Source of the DNA: Octopus sinensis
Taxonomy: Eukaryota
NCBI RefSeq assembly: GCF_006345805.1
Contig: NW_021836732.1
Coordinates: 1 to 21,974, forward strand
Length of the DNA: 21,974 bases
Reading direction: 5' to 3'
A program made the position numbers and the translations under genes. The notes beneath the pieces are model-generated. The model saw nothing but the letters and a program-made list of their open reading frames with translations. It was not told the origin of the DNA and ran no database searches. How positions within the stretch are numbered: position 1 is the stretch's first letter; every line of letters begins with the position of its first letter. Shown one piece after another: positions 18,917 through 21,974 of this stretch.

Positions 18917-19875
18917 TAGTGAAATAGCGAGGAAGAGAAAGGGAGAGAAGAAAGCATTCTTGTAACTTTGTTGTTCTACAACTAATGTGACAACCGCTCT
19001 TTCTTTCTCTTACTAGTACATGAAGGATAAGGGCCTGCAATGTTAGATCCTTCACTCCTCGGTAGTTCCAATGATGTAGTATAACGCTGAAGTGGTTTTT
19101 CTGTATATGTAAAGAAGAAAACGTTCACTCCAAACAAAAACCGCGCAAAAGTGGATCTGGGAAAATTAAGCTCCGTGTAAACTGAGGAAAAACTGTATAT
19201 GTAACTTGAATATATATCCGACAGTTTTTTCTTTCTCATTTAGGTTATGTTCACATTTGTATAGGTACAGATACGTACACACACATACCACCCCTAGATA
19301 AATATATATATTCACGAATATCAACACACATACGTATAAGTATATGTAATATGCATATGTGTATATGTGTATATATATTATATATATATATATATTATAT
19401 ATACATTATTGAATTGATAAAAGGTATTTTTTCTAATTTATATATATATATAATATATATATATATATATTATATTTTGTGAAATTTGATTTAGTATTTC
19501 TAATTGAATTTTTCCCTGTAAGTTTGGAATAATATTCCTTCATATTATATATATATATACGCACACATATACACACATATGCACACAACACATACGCACA
19601 TACATACACACTCCTGCATACACACAGCATATACGCATACACATATGTATATAGCTACAGGGTGTGCGTGTGTTTGTACGTATAGTAATACGCATATATC
19701 TGTATATACATATGTGTGCATGCATATGTATTTATGAACACACACATACACACATTCGCACGCGCATACGCACACGCACATGCATACATGTACATATTTA
19801 TATAGGTGTATAATACGGTTTTAATCTAGATATATTTTAGATATATTTTATGCAGCTTCTATTTATCAAGTTTAC

Positions 19876-19876
<1 letters not shown>

Positions 19877-19910
<34 letters not shown>

Positions 19911-19925
19911 GTGTGTGTGTGTGTG

Positions 19926-19967
<42 letters not shown>
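19877..19967. repeat. (TG)n microsatellite
   Basis: Near-perfect TG run with two single-T interruptions. Confidence 0.97.
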
Positions 19968-19970
<3 letters not shown>

Positions 19971-20437
19971 CACATATGTATTTCTTAAGATATTCTATCT
20001 TGATTTATTTTTTTCCCCATTAGTCTTCTCATATTAGCCTGATTAAAACAAGTTAATCTTCTGTACTTAGAAAACCGTTTTCCTTCATCACCGGATCTTG
20101 ATCGTTTGATATAAACTTAAGGCAGTTTTTCCTTTACGTTAGCTAGTCTTTTTCTTGTTTACTTTTGGACTCATTTTTAATCCTTTAAATTTTTTACCTC
20201 CAAATAGTATTTGCTTCAGCGTTAGGTTTGTTTATACGTTGTTTTCATATATTTTTGTATAGCATTTATTAGTCTAATTATTTATTTTCAGTTTTATTCA
20301 GTAATTTTAAAAAGAATATTAGGTTGTCATGCAATTTACATGCAGTAAAATAGTGAAAGTATATTGTCCTAAAAAATGAAAGTAAGTTGCGATTGTAACT
20401 GGAAATGACAGTGTCACCAGAATTTCATAAAATTCGT

Positions 20438-20710
20438 TTGATATCCGAAATTGATATCCGGTTTCTTATGTGTGTCTCGGCAACTTCTATACTCATGAAT
20501 TTGTCAGCCATTCACTCAGTTTTGTTGATCCAAACGATGACAGCATCCATACACGGATTATAGAAAGTCGATGGATGCTCGCCAAGAAGAAACTTAGGCG
20601 ACAATGTGATTAGCGATGATTAATTTACCTGGCGAAACAAATTTAGAAATCGTGGATAAAAACTATTCAAGAATGTTATTTCGTACATCCAGTACTGTTA
20701 CGTTTTCTCC
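20438..20710 (+). pseudogene. Merlin (IS1016/ISXO2-like) transposase relic, C-terminal catalytic region
   Basis: LIS(D)...SYVCLGNFYTHEFVSHSLSFVDPNDDSIHTRIIESRWMLAKKKLRRQ*, then after a shift WRNKFRNRG*KLFKNVISYIQYCY. This matches the Merlin/ISXO2 motif SD-W-x-A-Y...H-x-x-V-N-H-S-x-x-F-V-D-P...H-T-x-x-I-E-x-x-W; E codon at 20563-65. Confidence 0.72.
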
Positions 20711-20806
20711 GTAAATGTGACCCCCTCCCCCGAAGGTGTTGGATTTGAGTCCATATTTTGAAGGCAAAATATTGTTATTTTAACCTTTCCCGAGACACGG
20801 TCATAT

Positions 20807-21000
20807 TATATATACACGACGCGCTTCTTTTAGTTTCCGTCTACCAAATCCAGTCAAAAGGATTTGGTCGATCCGAGATAAAATAGAAGACACTCGCTCA
20901 AGGTTCCACACAGTGGGACTGAACTCAGGACCATATAGTTGAGAAGCAAGCTTCTTACCACACAGCCGAGGAAATCAGCGATCATTTTGCGCTTATAACA
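20807..21000 (-). repeat. Second copy of the SINE A head plus unique flank (see 18633-18822)
   Basis: Offset 2175-2178 bp, same orientation, shared flank. Confidence 0.88.
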
Positions 21001-21099
21001 TTTTGCAGCAGGGTCACACCTCTTTAATGAAGTCAAACAAAGATAAAATAAACGATGGACAGGAGGCTGGTAATGGCATCAAAGCATTTATAAATAAGC

Positions 21100-21470
21100 T
21101 ATACAGCGTGGCTGTGTGAGAAGTTTGCTTACCAGCCACATGGCTCCGAGTTCAGTCCCAATGCGTAACACCTTGTGCAAATTTCTTCTATTATAGCCCA
21201 GGGCCGACCAACGCCTTGTGAGTGGATTTGGTAGACGGAAGAAATCCATCTCTGTCAATATCAATGTGTGTGTGTATCTTTGTGTATATGCTTGTTCGTC
21301 CCAACATGGTTTGACAACCGGTATTGTTTTGTTTACGTCAACGTAACTTAGCGGTTCGGCACCAGATACCAATAGAATAAGTACCAAATTAAGTACTGGG
21401 GTCAATTCAAGGTGGTGCCTCAGCATGGCCGCAGTCCAATGATTGAAACATGTAAAAGATAAAACAATAA
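21100..21470 (+). mobile_element. SINE family A, degenerate full length
   Basis: gtggctgtgtgagaag...gagttcagtccc...gccttgtgagtggatttggtagacggaa...cgtaacttagcggttcggc...cagcatggccgcagtc. Confidence 0.8.
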
Positions 21471-21546
21471 AAGTTATAAAGTATTATATAAAAATAATTA
21501 AGCAGAAAGCAGGGGAAAAAAGGAAGTTCCTTGTGGTTCTTTATAG

Positions 21547-21645
21547 ATTGGCAGATATCCGGAGATTTCGTACATTAACATGGCAGAAAAGAGAGAAGGG
21601 AAATCAAGCCTTTACTTTACAGCTGTTTCTGAGGTTGGGTGATTT
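21547..21645 (+). CDS. Candidate 99-nt exon of an unidentified host gene
   Basis: Acceptor ttccttgtggttctttatag|, donor ttt|gtaagt, length divisible by 3, one frame open throughout (LADIRRFRTLTWQKREKGNQAFTLQLFLRLGD); no homology recognised. Confidence 0.3.
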
Positions 21646-21974
21646 GTAAGTGTGCATTGTGCCTTACATATACTTGTATTAAACTGGTATTAGCAAATGC
21701 ATTTGAAATTTAAGTTATAACGGGAGTTACCTACCCCTTCTTCAGAAGGGATGAAGCAAATATACATACATGCATACGTACGTAAATACATACAAGCAGG
21801 CATACATATATAGAGGCATACATACGTATATACATACATGCATTGGGTTTCAACAAAGGATCAAGACTACACATTATAAGGGAGGAATCAGAGAAAAATC
21901 AGAGGAATCAACCTCTACTTGACTGATACATATTTAAACGCCCTTTAATCGATTCTGGAAGAATGATAGGCAAA

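Noticed and set aside
19180-19232. CTGAGGA followed by an aaaactgt...acagtttt hairpin
   Set aside because: The stem is followed by ttc rather than GAAA, so there is no hammerhead core.

Overview
AT-rich, repeat-dominated eukaryotic DNA with no intact protein-coding gene. The SINE repertoire and microsatellite style suggest intronic or intergenic DNA of an octopus or other cephalopod (inference, not verified). Nearly all ORFs in the supplied track are translations of (TA)n, (TATG)n, (CTAT)n, (TG)n, (GAA)n or (CAA/CAG)n repeats. The window holds many copies of at least three tRNA-derived SINE families. Family A has a CORE-like domain and an internal microsatellite. Family B has a Meta-domain-like box and occurs as monomers, dimers with target-site duplications (TSDs) and a head-to-tail cluster. 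Family C has a tRNA-Arg-like head. There are also several non-autonomous DNA transposons (long-TIR MITE, Tc2-like and Tigger-like MITEs, a Helitron/HINE-like element, a hAT end), a pseudogenised Tc1/mariner transposase with DD36E spacing, a Merlin/ISXO2-like transposase relic missed by the ORF track, and an RTE LINE 3' end. The most interesting signal is RNA structure. Four hammerhead-ribozyme motifs lie on the minus strand: one complete type I fold (421-495), one split across a 252-bp partial tandem repeat (4812-5139), one minimal Penelope-type motif (5708-5741) and one decayed (18886-18916). A possible ingi/L1Tc-type HDV-like fold lies at 16317-16374. One candidate 99-nt exon of an unknown host gene lies at 21547-21645. 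All family names come from my recall of motifs; no database search was run.
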